Positions 10,572-23,200 of a DNA stretch of 64,000 nucleotides are shown here, piece after piece. The position numbers were made by a program, and so were the translations under genes. Each line of letters begins with the position of its first letter. The stretch's first letter is position 1. Source of the DNA: Eledone cirrhosa (lineage: Eukaryota); contig OZ024742.1 in the NCBI GenBank assembly GCA_964016885.1, positions 137,702,001-137,766,000 on the forward strand. Direction: 5' to 3'. The notes beneath the pieces are model-generated. The model saw nothing but the letters and a program-made list of their open reading frames with translations. It was not told where the DNA came from and searched no databases.

Positions 10572-11457
10572 ATTTCCAACTATCTATTTGTCTGTCTATT
10601 TATCTACCTAACTTCCTATAGAATTGTAATTGTTTTGCAAGATTTTTTATCTGAAAACATGTGTTGAAACTGATATTGTTATATCTTGGGATGGTCATGC
10701 TGTCAGTATAAAGCACAAGCACCTGTGGGGTTTCACATCAATTTATTATTATAATTTCCCAGTCGGTTAGTTTAATATCCGAATGGTTGTTTATTTGTTC
10801 ATTGCCAAAACATTATGTGACTTCCTTAGTGACTACTTTTGTATCATCTTGTGTCTCTCCTTTGTTCTGTCTTACACCGTAGTGTTGTTTGTTCCGGCAC
10901 TGTTGTTGGCATCAGCGGTGGTCTGCAGTCCTCTGCATCTTTCAGCTGAAGGCAGAATGTTTCGATTCACAAAATCAGTGTTGTCTTCTGCCCTCAGTGA
11001 CCACTTTTATTTCGGACCCCTTCTGCGGGACATTTTCACGTTCGTCCAGCTTGACTTGGAAAAGAATCGCCAACCCCATACCATACTATTCCCATCTTTC
11101 TATATTTCCTCGATGAGGGTGTATCCGAAGAATTACCAAATATCCAGTCCTGGTGGGATCCTTGGAATACGGAGCTTCACGGGCCCTCTGCTGCTTATGT
11201 AGGACGGGTACTTGATAATTTGGTTCGTGTTTCAGGGGAACAGCGAATGTTTTTTAACAAAGGCCTCGTTTTTAAAAAGCCTCAAGATAGTGTCGAACTA
11301 TCTGGTCATTTCTATGCATGCAATATCTTGTTTGAGGCACTTCAGTGCTGCTTCCACATGTGATTGAGTGGCTGGCTCCGCTTTCAGAGATTTTACTGCA
11401 TCTATATGTTACTGACCTTGTCTTTGATGCTGACATTACTTCGGCTGGAACGGTTTA

Positions 11458-11459
11458 TT

Positions 11460-11490
<31 letters not shown>
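11458..11490. repeat. Adjacent poly-T / poly-G homopolymers
   Basis: T12 followed directly by G21. Confidence 0.9.
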
Positions 11491-12164
11491 CTCAGAATGT
11501 TTCTCTCTTCGTGTGTTTCGATGCCAAACGTGCGGCTTTGTACGAGATATCTACGACGTGCAGTTGTGATTTTGCACATGTGTCACATATCCGTGAGGTG
11601 TCTCTCTGTCGATTCCGATGTGAAACTTGCTATTAGTCCAAACACTGGAAGATCCTGTTCGTTGTATTTACGTACAAGTGTCTGAGCATTCCAAAGACAC
11701 CAAAACCCTTACCTTGGAGAGGAAATCTCTCTGGCTCATAACGAAAACAATGTCCCCTGCTGACGGCATAGATTGACGGATTAATAAGGTCATGTTGAAG
11801 GAATGGATGTGACACATTTACGCGGTGATGTGGCTTGCCAGGCTCGAGGAAAGCTCAAGCTATGCCAAGCTCATTCAACAACGCTGGTAAGATTAGTTTC
11901 GACGTTCCAGACTACAACAACATCCACTCCCTTAAAACCTGCACATGGCTTACATGGTAGCGAACGTGGTTAGGTATTTCCCAATCACTCTCCATATTAC
12001 ACGCCACCACTCAAACTGCGGCCGTTTCCGTTGGGTCAACGGATTTAAATCAAGGCCGAACTGCATCACTAGCAGGGAGGGATGATGTGCTCCAAATGCG
12101 ACTACCAAGCCAACAAAGATAGAATCAACATTCAAAACGGAAAAACAATGACAAAATCTCAACT

Positions 12165-12970
12165 TTCAACTTGGCTTCCTACAACCTGCGTGCACTTTCG
12201 GAAGAAAGTTATCTCACTAATTTATATCACGAAATCGAAAATACCAACAGGGTCGTTCTTGGAACTAAGGAAATGCATAGATACAGGAAATAAATCGTCG
12301 AATTCAACAACAAACACATTCCCTATAACATGGGAAATGATAGGGAACAGGGAACGTTAAGTGGGGACATCAAAAAGTTCACCACTACGTCAGACGAGGT
12401 TACCTCGATAACTCTCCGATTGTCAAAGCGTTACAAGCTGAAAATGATCAAGTACACACTCTAACCTCCCTTTCCAGACAAAAGGAATTCTAACTTCTAC
12501 GACTATATTTATAGACCTTTATTGCAACCCAAAACACTATACACTACCATAATGGGTGGTCTAAATGCAAAAGTCGAAAGTAGATATGAGGAATATATAT
12601 GGGAAACATTGGCCTCGGCCATAAAAATTACAGAGATGAACTTGTCAACTTTGACACAGCGCACAGAGTCAAAATCATGAAGAATGTTTTTAAAAAGAAA
12701 GCACAAAATAGGTGAACTTGGCATAGCCCGAACCATGATACGTTCAACTAAGTTGATTACATCCAAGTAGACAAAGACCAGATCATGAAATACGTTTATG
12801 ATCTCAATAACGTCGATATTGATTGGGAACATACGATGGAAACTAAAATCGACGCGAAACGTTGGAGGTGATAACCCTTCCACTTCAAACCAAACCAAAC
12901 CGAGTGCCGAATCACACTAATCAACAGTACCAACTAGAACTGCATATCCGATACGCATTTCTAGAATAAG
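12165..12970 (+). mobile_element. Degenerate RTE-clade LINE, N-terminal AP-endonuclease domain, interrupted by the satellite
   Basis: Hand translation across disablements gives FNLASYNLRALSE...VVLGTKEMHR (.ATYNVRTL / IIGLSE.RR), TIMGGLNAKV (GDFNAKV), GNIGLGHKN.R..LVNF...VKIMKNVFKKK..R*TWHSPN....VDYI (WTW.SP...IDYI), then QYQLELHIRYAFLE (F.LEL.NRF..L). Motifs are in the correct order with several stops. Confidence 0.85.
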
Positions 12971-15900
12971 ACAAAAGAGTGAAAGACACCACTCACAGCA
13001 GCCGCCAAAGAGTGAAAGGCACCACTCACAGCAGCTGCCAAAGAGTGAAAGAGACCAATCACAGACAGCCGCCAAATAGTGAAAGACACCACTCACAGAA
13101 AGCCACCAAAGAGTGAAAGACACCACTCACAGCAGATACCAAAGAGTGAAAGGCACCACTCACAGCAGCCGTCAAAGAGTGAAAGCCACCACTCACAGCA
13201 GCAGCCAAAGTGTGAAAGACACCACTCACAGGCAGCCGCCAGAGAGTGAAAGGCACCACTCACAGCAGCCACCAAAGAGTGAAACACACCACTCACAGCA
13301 GCCGCCAAAGTGTGAAAGACATCACTCACAGTAGTCGCCAAAGAGTGAGAGGCACCACTCACAGCCACCACCAAAGAGTGAAAGGCACCACTCACAGCAG
13401 CCACCAAAGAGTGAAAGACACCACACACAGCAGCCGCCAAAGAGTGAAAGACACCACTCACAGCAGCCGCTAAAGAGTGAAAGGCACCACTCACAGCAGC
13501 CACCAAAGAGTGAAAGACACCACACACAGCAGCCGCCAGAGAGTAAAAGACACCACTCACAGAAAGCCACCAAAGAGTGAAACACACCACTCACAGCAGA
13601 TACCAAAGAGTGAAAGGTACCACTCACAGCAGCAGCCAAAGTGTGAAAGACAACACTCACAGCAGCCGCCAGAGAGTGAAAGACACCACTCACAGAAGCC
13701 ACCAAAGAGTGAAACACACCACTCACAGCAGCCGCCAAAGTATGAAAGACATCACTCACAGCAGTCGCCAAAGAGTGAAAGGCACCACTCACAGCCACCA
13801 CCAGAGAGTGAAAGGCACCACTCACAGCCGCCACCAAAGAGTGAAAGACACCACTCACAGCAGCCGCTAAAGTGTGAAAGACATCACTCACAGCAGCCGC
13901 TAAAAAGTGAAAGACACCACTCAGAGCAGCCACCAAAGAGTGCAAGACACCACTCACAGCAGCCGCCAACGAGTGAAAGACACTACTCACTGCAGCCGCC
14001 AAAGAGTGAAAGACACTACTCACTGCATCCGCCAAAGAGCGAAAGACACTACTCACAGCACCTACAAAAGAGTGAAAGGCACCACTCACAGCATCCGCCT
14101 AAGAGTGCAAGACACTGCTCACAGCAGCCGCCAAAGAGTAAAAGCCACCACTCACAGCAGCCACCAAAGAGTGAGGAACACCACACACAGCAACCGCCAA
14201 GGAGTTAGATGCACCACTCACAGCAGCCGCCAAAGAGTGAAAGGCACAACTCACGGAAGCCCCCAAAGATTGAAAGACACCACTCACAGCCACCACCAAA
14301 GAGTAAAAAGCACCACTCTCAGCAGCCGCCAAAGAGTGAAAGGCACCACTCACAGCAGCCGCCAAAGAGTGAAAGACACTACTCACAGCAGCCGACAAAG
14401 AGTGAATGACACCACTCACAGCACCTACCAAAGAGTGAAAGGCACCACTCACATCAGCCGCCAAAGAGTGAATGACACCACTCACAGCAGCCGCCAAAGA
14501 ATGAAAGGCAACACTCACAGCAGCCGACAAAGAGTGAAAAACACCACTCACAGCAGCCGCCAAAGAGTGCAAGACATCACTCACAGCAGCCGCCGAAGAG
14601 TGAAAGACATCACTCACAGCAGCCGCCGAAGAGTGAAAGAAACCACTCACAGCCACCACCAAAGAGTGGAAGACACTACTCACTGAAGCCGCCAAAGAGT
14701 GAAAGACACTACTCACAGCTCCTACCAAAGAGTGAAAGGCACCACTCACAGTGGCCACCAAAGAGTGAGGAACACCGCAAACAGCAGCCGCAAAAGAGTG
14801 AAAGACACCACTCACAGCAGCCATCAAAGAGTGAAAGACACCACTCACAGCAGCCATCAAAGAGTGAAAGACATCACTCACAGCAGCCGCCAAAGAGTGA
14901 AAGGCACCACTCATAGCAGCCGCCAAAGAGTGAAAGACATCACTCACAGCAGCCGCCAAAGAGTGAAAGGCACCACTCATAGCAGCCGCCAAAGAGTGAA
15001 AGGCACCACTCACAGCAGCCGCCAAAGAGTGAAAGGCACCACTCATAGCAGCCGCCAAAGGGTGAAAGACACCACATACAGCAGCCACCAAAGAGTGAAA
15101 GACACCACTCACAGCAGCCGCCAAAGAGTGAAAGGCACCACTCATAGCAGCCGCCAAAGAGTGAAAGACACCACTCACAGCAGCTATCAAAGAGTGAAAG
15201 GCACCACTCACTGCAGCCGCCAAAGAGTGAAAAACACCACTCACATCAGCCGCCAAAGAGTGAAAGGCATCACTCACAGCAGCGGTCAAAGAGTGGAAAA
15301 CATCACTCACAGCCACCACCAAAGAGTGAAAAGCACCACTCACAGCAGCTGCCAAAGAGTGAAAGACACCACACACAGCAGCCACCAAAGTGTGAATAAC
15401 ACTACTCACTGCAGCCGTCAAAGAGAAAAAGACACCACTCACAGCAGCCGCCAAAGAGTGAAAGACACCACTCACAGCAGCCGCCAAAGAGTGCAAGACA
15501 TCACTCACAGCAGCCAACAAAGAGTGAAAGACACTACTCACAGCAGCCACCAAAGAGTGAAAGGCACTACTCACAGCAGCCGCCAAAGAGTGAAAGACAC
15601 CACTCACAGCAGCCGCCAAAGAGTGCAAGACATCACTCACAGCAGCCAACAAAGAGTGAAAGACACTACTCACAGCAGCCACCAAAGAGTGAAAAGCACC
15701 ACTCACAGCAGCCGCCAAAGAGTGAAAGTAACCACTCACATCAGCCGCCAAAGAGTGAAAGGCATCACTCACAGCAGCGGTCAAAGAGTGAAAGACACCA
15801 CTCTCAGACACGACCAAAGAGTGAAAAGCACCACTCACAGCAGCCGCCAAAGAGTGAAACGCACCACTCACAGCAGACGCCAAATAGTGAAATGCACCAC

Positions 15901-18900
15901 TCAAAGCACCCACCAAAGAGTGAAACACACAACTCACAGCAGCCGCCAAAGAGTGAAAGACACTACTCACAGCAGCCGCCAAAAAGTGAAGGACACCACT
16001 CACAGCAGCCGCCAAAGAGTGAACGGCACAACTCACAGCAGCCGCCAAAGAGTGAATGCCACCACTCACAGCACCTACCAAAGAGTGAAAGGCACCACTC
16101 ACAGCAGCCACCAAAGAGTGAACGGCACAACTCACAGCAGCCGCCAAAGAGTGAATGCCACCACTCACAGCACCTACCAAAGAGTGAAAGGCACCACTCA
16201 CAGCAGCCACCAAAGAGTGAAAGGCACCACTCACAGCAGCCACCAAAGAGTTGAACACACCACTCACAGCAGCCGCCAAAGTGTGAAAGACATCACTCAC
16301 AGCAGTCGCCAAAGAGTGAAAGGCACCACTCACAGCCACCACCAAAGAGTGAAAGGTACCACTCACAGCAGCAGCCAAAGTGTGAAAGACACCACTCACA
16401 GCAGCCGCCAGAGAGTGAAAGACACCACTCACAGAAGCCACCAAAGAGTGAAACACACCACTCACAGCAGCCACCAAAGAGTGAAAGACACCACACACAG
16501 CAGCCACCAAAGAGTGAAAGGCACCACTCACAGCAGATACCAAAGAGTGAAAGGTACCACTCACAGCAGCAGCCAAAGTGTGAAAGACACCACTCACAGC
16601 AGCCGCCAGAGAGTGAAAGACACCACTCACAGAAGCCACCAAAGTGTGAAAGACACCACTCACAGCAGCCGCCAAAGAGTGAAAGACACCACTCTCAGCA
16701 GCCGCCAAAGAGTGAAAGGCACCACTCACAGCAGCCGCCAAAGAGTGAAAGGCACCACTCACAGCAGCCGCCAAAGAGTGAAAGACACTACTCACAGCAG
16801 CCGACAAAGAGTGAAAAACACCACTCACAGCAGCCGCCAAAGAGTGCAAGACATCACTCACAGCAGCCGCCGAAGAGTGAAAGAAACCACTCATAGCCAC
16901 CACCACAGAGTGGAAGACACTACTCACTGCAGCCGCCAAAGAGTGAAAGACATTACTCACTGAAGCCACCAAAGAGTGAAAGGCACCACTCACAGTGGCC
17001 GCCAAAGAGTGAGGAACACCACAAACAGCAGCCGCAAAAGAGTGAAAGACACCACTCACAGCAGCCATCAAAGAGTGAAAGACACTACTCACAGCAGCCG
17101 CCAAAGAGTGAAAGGCACCACTCACAGCAGCTGGAAAGAGTGAAAGACACCACTCACAGCAGCTACCAAAGAGTGAATAACACTACTCACTGCAGCCGTC
17201 AAAGAGAGAAAGACACCACTCACAGCAGCCGCCAAAGAGTGAAAGAAACCACTCCCAGCAGCCTCCAAAGAGTGCAAGACATCACTCACAGCAGCCAACA
17301 AAGAGTAAAAGACACTACTCACAGCAGCCACCAAGGAGTGAAAGGCACTACTCACAGCAGCCGCCAAAGAGTGAAAGACACTACTCACAGCAGCCGCCAA
17401 AGAGTGAAAGGCACCACTCACAGCAGCCGCCAAAGAGTGAAAGGCACCACTCACAGCAGCCGCCAAAGAGAGAAAGACACCACTCACATCAGCCGCCAAA
17501 GAGTGAAAGGCATCACTCACAGCAGCCGTCAAAGAGTGAAAGACACTACTCACAGCAGCCACCAAGGAGTGAAAGGCACTACTCACAGCAGCCGCCAAAG
17601 AGTGAAAGACACTACTCACAGCAGCCGCCAAAGAGTGAAAGGCACCACTCACAGCAGCCGCCAAAGAGTGAAAGGCACCACTCACAGCAGCCGCCAAAGA
17701 GTGAAAGACACCACTCACATCAGCCGCCAAAGAGTGAAAGGCATCACTCACATCAGCCGCCAAAGAGTGCAAGACATCACTCACAGCAGCCGCCAAAGAC
17801 TGAAAGACACCACTCACATCAGCCGCCAAAGAGTGAAAGGCACTACTCACAGCAGCCGCCAAAGAGTGAAAGACACTACTCACAGCAGCCGCCAAAGAGT
17901 GAAAGGCACCACTCACAGCAGCCACCAAAGAGTGAAAGGGACCACTCACAGCAGCCACCAAAGAGTGAAAGGCACTACTCACAGCAGCCGCCAAAGAGTG
18001 AAATGCACCACTCACAGCAGCCGCCAAAGAGTGAAAGACACCACTCACATCAGCCGCCAAAGAGTGAAAGGCATCACTCACAGCAGCCGTCAAAGAGTGA
18101 AAGACACCACTCTCAGACACGACCAAAGAGTGAAAAGCACCACTCACAGCAGCCGCCAAAGAGTGAAACACACCACTCACAGCAGATACCAAAGAGTGAA
18201 AGGTACCACTCACAGCAGCAGCCAAAATGTGAAAGACACCACTCACAGCAGCCGCCAGAGAGTGAAAGACACCACTCAAAGCAGCCGCCAAAGAGTGAAA
18301 GGCACCACTCACAGCAGCCGCCAAGGAGTGAAAGACACTACTCACAGCAGCCGCTAAAGTGTGAAGGACACCACTCACAGCACATACCAAAGAGTGAAAG
18401 GCACCACTCACAGCAGCCACCAAAGAGTGAAAAACACCACTCACAGCAGCCGCCAAAGAGTGAAAGACACCACTCACAGCACCCAACAAAGAGTGAAAAA
18501 CACAAATCACAGTAGCCGCCAAAGAGTGAAAGACATCACTCACAGCAGCCGCCAAAGAGTAAAAAACCCCACTCACAGCAGCCACCAAAGAGTGAAAGAC
18601 ACCACTCACAGCAGCCGCCAACGAGTGAAAGACACCACTCACAGCTCCTACCAAAGAGTGAAAGGCACCACTCACAGTGGCCGCCAAAGAGTGAGGAACA
18701 CCACTCACAGCAGCCGCCAAAGAGTGAAAGGCACCACTCACAGCAGCCGCCAAAGAGTGAAAGGCACCACTCATAGCAGCCGCCAAGGAATGAAAGACAC
18801 CACTCACAGCAGCCGCCAAAGAGTGAAAGACACCACTCACAGCAGCTATCAAAGAGTGAAAGACACCACTCACAGCAGCCGCTAAAGAGTAAAAAACACC

Positions 18901-21900
18901 ACTCACAGCAGCCACCAAAGAGTGAAAGACACCACTCACAGCAGCTATCAAAGAGTGAAAGGCACCACTCACTGCAGCCGCCAAAGAGTGAAAAACACCA
19001 CTCACATCAGCCGCCAAAGAGTGAAAGGCATCACTCACAGCAGCGGTCAAAGAGTGGAAAACATCACTCACAGCCACCACCAAAGAGTGAAAAGCACCAC
19101 TCACAGCAGCTGCCAAAGAGTGAAAGACACCACACACAGCAGCCACCAAAGTGTGAATAACACTACTCACTACAGCCGTCAAAGAGAAAAATACACCACT
19201 CACAGCAGCCGCCAAAGAGTGAAAGACACCACTCACAGCAGCCGCCAAAGAGTGCAAGACATCACTCACAGCAGCCAACAAAGAGTGAAAGACACTACTC
19301 ACAGCAGCCACCAAAGAGTGAAAGGCACTACTCACAGCAGCCGCCAAAGAGTGAAAGACACCACTCACAGCAGCCGCCAAAGAGTGCAAGACATCACTCA
19401 CAGCAGCCAACAAAGAGTGAAAGACACTACTCACAGCAGCCACCAAAGAGTGAAAAGCACCACTCACAGCAGCCGCCAAAGAGTGAAAGTAACCACTCAC
19501 ATCAGCCGCCAAAGAGTGAAAGGCATCACTCACAGCAGCGGTCAAAGAGTGAAAGACACCACTCTCAGACACGACCAAAGAGTGAAAAGCACCACTCACA
19601 GCAGCCGCCAAAGAGTGAAACGCACCACTCACAGCAGACGCCAAATAGTGAAATGCACCACTCAAAGCACCCACCAAAGAGTGAAACACACAACTCACAG
19701 CAGCCGCCAAAGAGTGAAAGACACTACTCACAGCAGCCGCCAAAAAGTGAAGGACACCACTCACAGCAGCCACCAAAGAGTGAACGGCACAACTCACAGC
19801 AGCCGCCAAAGAGTGAATGCCACCACTCACAGCACCTACCAAAGAGTGAAAGGCACCACTCACAGCAGCCACCAAAGAGTGAAAGGCACCACTCACAGCA
19901 GCCACCAAAGAGTTGAACACACCACTCACAGCAGCCGCCAAAGTGTGAAAGACATCACTCACAGCAGTCGCCAAAGAGTGAAAGGCACCACTCACAGCCA
20001 CCACCAAAGAGTGAAAGGTACCACTCACAGCAGCAGCCAAAGTGTGAAAGACACCACTCACAGCAGCCGCCAGAGAGTGAAAGACACCACTCACAGAAGC
20101 CACCAAAGAGTGAAACACACCACTCACAGCAGCCGCCAAAGAGTGAAAGACACCACACACAGCAGCCACCAAAGTGTGAAAGACACCATACACAGCAGCC
20201 ACCAAAGAGTGAAAGACACCACTCACAGAAGCCACCAAAGTGTGAAACACACCACTCACAGCAGCCACCAAAGAGTGAAAGACACCACACACAGCAGCCA
20301 CCAAAGAGTGAAAGGCACCACTCACAGCAGATACCAAAGAGTGAAAGGTACCACTCACAGCAGCAGCCAAAGTGTGAAAGACACCACTCACAGCAGCCGC
20401 CAGAGAGTGAAAGACACCACTCACAGAAGCCACCAAAGTGTGAAAGACACCACTCACAGCAGCCGCCAAAGAGTGAAAGACACCACTCTCAGCAGCCGCC
20501 AAAGAGTGAAAGGCACCACTCACAGCAGCCGCCAAAGAGTGAAAGGCACCACTCACAGCAGCCGCCAAAGAGTGAAAGACACTACTCACAGCAGCCGACA
20601 AAGAGTGAAAAACACCACTCACAGCAGCCGCCAAAGAGTGCAAGACATCACTCACAGCAGCCGCCGAAGAGTGAAAGAAACCACTCACAGCCACCACCAC
20701 AGAGTGGAAGACACTACTCACTGCAGCCGCCAAAGAGTGAAAGACATTACTCACTGAAGCCACCAAAGAGTGAAAGGCACCACTCACAGTGGCCGCCAAA
20801 GAGTGAGGAACACCACAAACAGCAGCCGCAAAAGAGTGAAAGACACCACTCACAGCAGCCATCAAAGAGTGAAAGACACTACTCACAGCAGCCGCCAAAG
20901 AGTGAAAGGCACCACTCACAGCAGCTGGAAAGAGTGAAAGACACCACTCACAGCAGCTACCAAAGAGTGAATAACACTACTCACTGCAGCCGTCAAAGAG
21001 AGAAAGACACCACTCACAGCAGCCGCCAAAGAGTGAAAGAAACCACTCCCAGCAGCCTCCAAAGAGTGCAAGACATCACTCACAGCAGCCAACAAAGAGT
21101 GAAAGACACTACTCACAGCAGCCACCAAGGAGTGAAAGGCACTACTCACAGCAGCCGCCAAAGAGTGAAAGACACTACTCACAGCAGCCGCCAAAGAGTG
21201 AAAGGCACCACTCACAGCAGCCGCCAAAGAGTGAAAGGCACCACTCACAGCAGCCGCCAAAGAGTGAAAGACACCACTCACATCAGCCGCCAAAGAGTGA
21301 AAGGCACTACTCACAGCAGCCGCCAAAGAGTGAAAGACACTACTCACAGCAGCCGCCAAAGAGTGAAAGGCACCACTCACAGCAGCCACCAAAGAGTGAA
21401 AGGGACCACTCACAGCAGCCACCAAAGAGTGAAAGGCACTACTCACAGCAGCCGCCAAAGAGTGAAAGGCACCACTCACAGCAGCCGCCAAAGAGTGAAA
21501 GACACCACTCACAGCAGCCGCCAAAGAGTGCAAGACATCACTCACAGCAGCCAACAAAGAGTGAAAGACACTACTCACAGCAGCCACCAAAGAGTGAAAG
21601 GCACTACTCACAGCAGCCGCCAAAGAGTGAAAGACACCACTCACAGCAGCCGCCAAAGAGTGCAAGACATCACTCACAGCAGCCAACAAAGAGTGAAAGA
21701 CACTACTCACAGCAGCCACCAAAGAGTGAAAAGCACCACTCACAGCAGCCGCCAAAGAGTGAAAGTAACCACTCACATCAGCCGCCAAAGAGTGAAAGGC
21801 ATCACTCACAGCAGCGGTCAAAGAGTGAAAGACACCACTCTCAGACACGACCAAAGAGTGAAAAGCACCACTCACAGCAGCCGCCAAAGAGTGAAACGCA

Positions 21901-23200
21901 CCACTCACAGCAGACGCCAAATAGTGAAATGCACCACTCAAAGCACCCACCAAAGAGTGAAACACACAACTCACAGCAGCCGCCAAAGAGTGAAAGACAC
22001 TACTCACAGCAGCCGCCAAAAAGTGAAGGACACCACTCACAGCAGCCACCAAAGAGTGAACGGCACAACTCACAGCAGCCGCCAAAGAGTGAATGCCACC
22101 ACTCACAGCACCTACCAAAGAGTGAAAGGCACCACTCACAGCAGCCACCAAAGAGTGAAAGGCACCACTCACAGCAGCCACCAAAGAGTTGAACACACCA
22201 CTCACAGCAGCCGCCAAAGTGTGAAAGACATCACTCACAGCAGTCGCCAAAGAGTGAAAGGCACCACTCACAGCCACCACCAAAGAGTGAAAGGTACCAC
22301 TCACAGCAGCAGCCAAAGTGTGAAAGACACCACTCACAGCAGCCGCCAGAGAGTGAAAGACACCACTCACAGAAGCCACCAAAGAGTGAAACACACCACT
22401 CACAGCAGCCGCCAAAGAGTGAAAGACACCACACACAGCAGCCACCAAAGTGTGAAAGACACCATACACAGCAGCCACCAAAGAGTGAAAGACACCACTC
22501 ACAGAAGCCACCAAAGTGTGAAACACACCACTCACAGCAGCCACCAAAGAGTGAAAGACACCACACACAGCAGCCACCAAAGAGTGAAAGGCACCACTCA
22601 CAGCAGATACCAAAGAGTGAAAGGTACCACTCACAGCAGCAGCCAAAGTGTGAAAGACACCACTCACAGCAGCCGCCAGAGAGTGAAAGACACCACTCAC
22701 AGAAGCCACCAAAGTGTGAAAGACACCACTCACAGCAGCCGCCAAAGAGTGAAAGACACCACTCTCAGCAGCCGCCAAAGAGTGAAAGGCACCACTCACA
22801 GCAGCCGCCAAAGAGTGAAAGGCACCACTCACAGCAGCCGCCAAAGAGTGAAAGACACTACTCACAGCAGCCGACAAAGAGTGAAAAACACCACTCACAG
22901 CAGCCGCCAAAGAGTGCAAGACATCACTCACAGCAGCCGCCGAAGAGTGAAAGAAACCACTCACAGCCACCACCACAGAGTGGAAGACACTACTCACTGC
23001 AGCCGCCAAAGAGTGAAAGACATTACTCACTGAAGCCACCAAAGAGTGAAAGGCACCACTCACAGTGGCCGCCAAAGAGTGAGGAACACCACAAACAGCA
23101 GCCGCAAAAGAGTGAAAGACACCACTCACAGCAGCCATCAAAGAGTGAAAGACACTACTCACAGCAGCCGCCAAAGAGTGAAAGGCACCACTCACAGCAG

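Noticed and set aside
10700-11450. Possible minus-strand LINE RT relic (fragments like EPATQSHVEAALKCLK and NVPQKGS)
   Set aside because: Only faint motif echoes with no consistent frame. It cannot be supported without an HMM search.
11470-11490. Poly-G as a functional G-quadruplex element
   Set aside because: An isolated homopolymer whose length is error-prone, with no supporting context.
12082-12898. ORF-track proteins 12082-12360 (+) and 12509-12898 (-)
   Set aside because: They are off-frame or antisense readings of the decayed LINE endonuclease.
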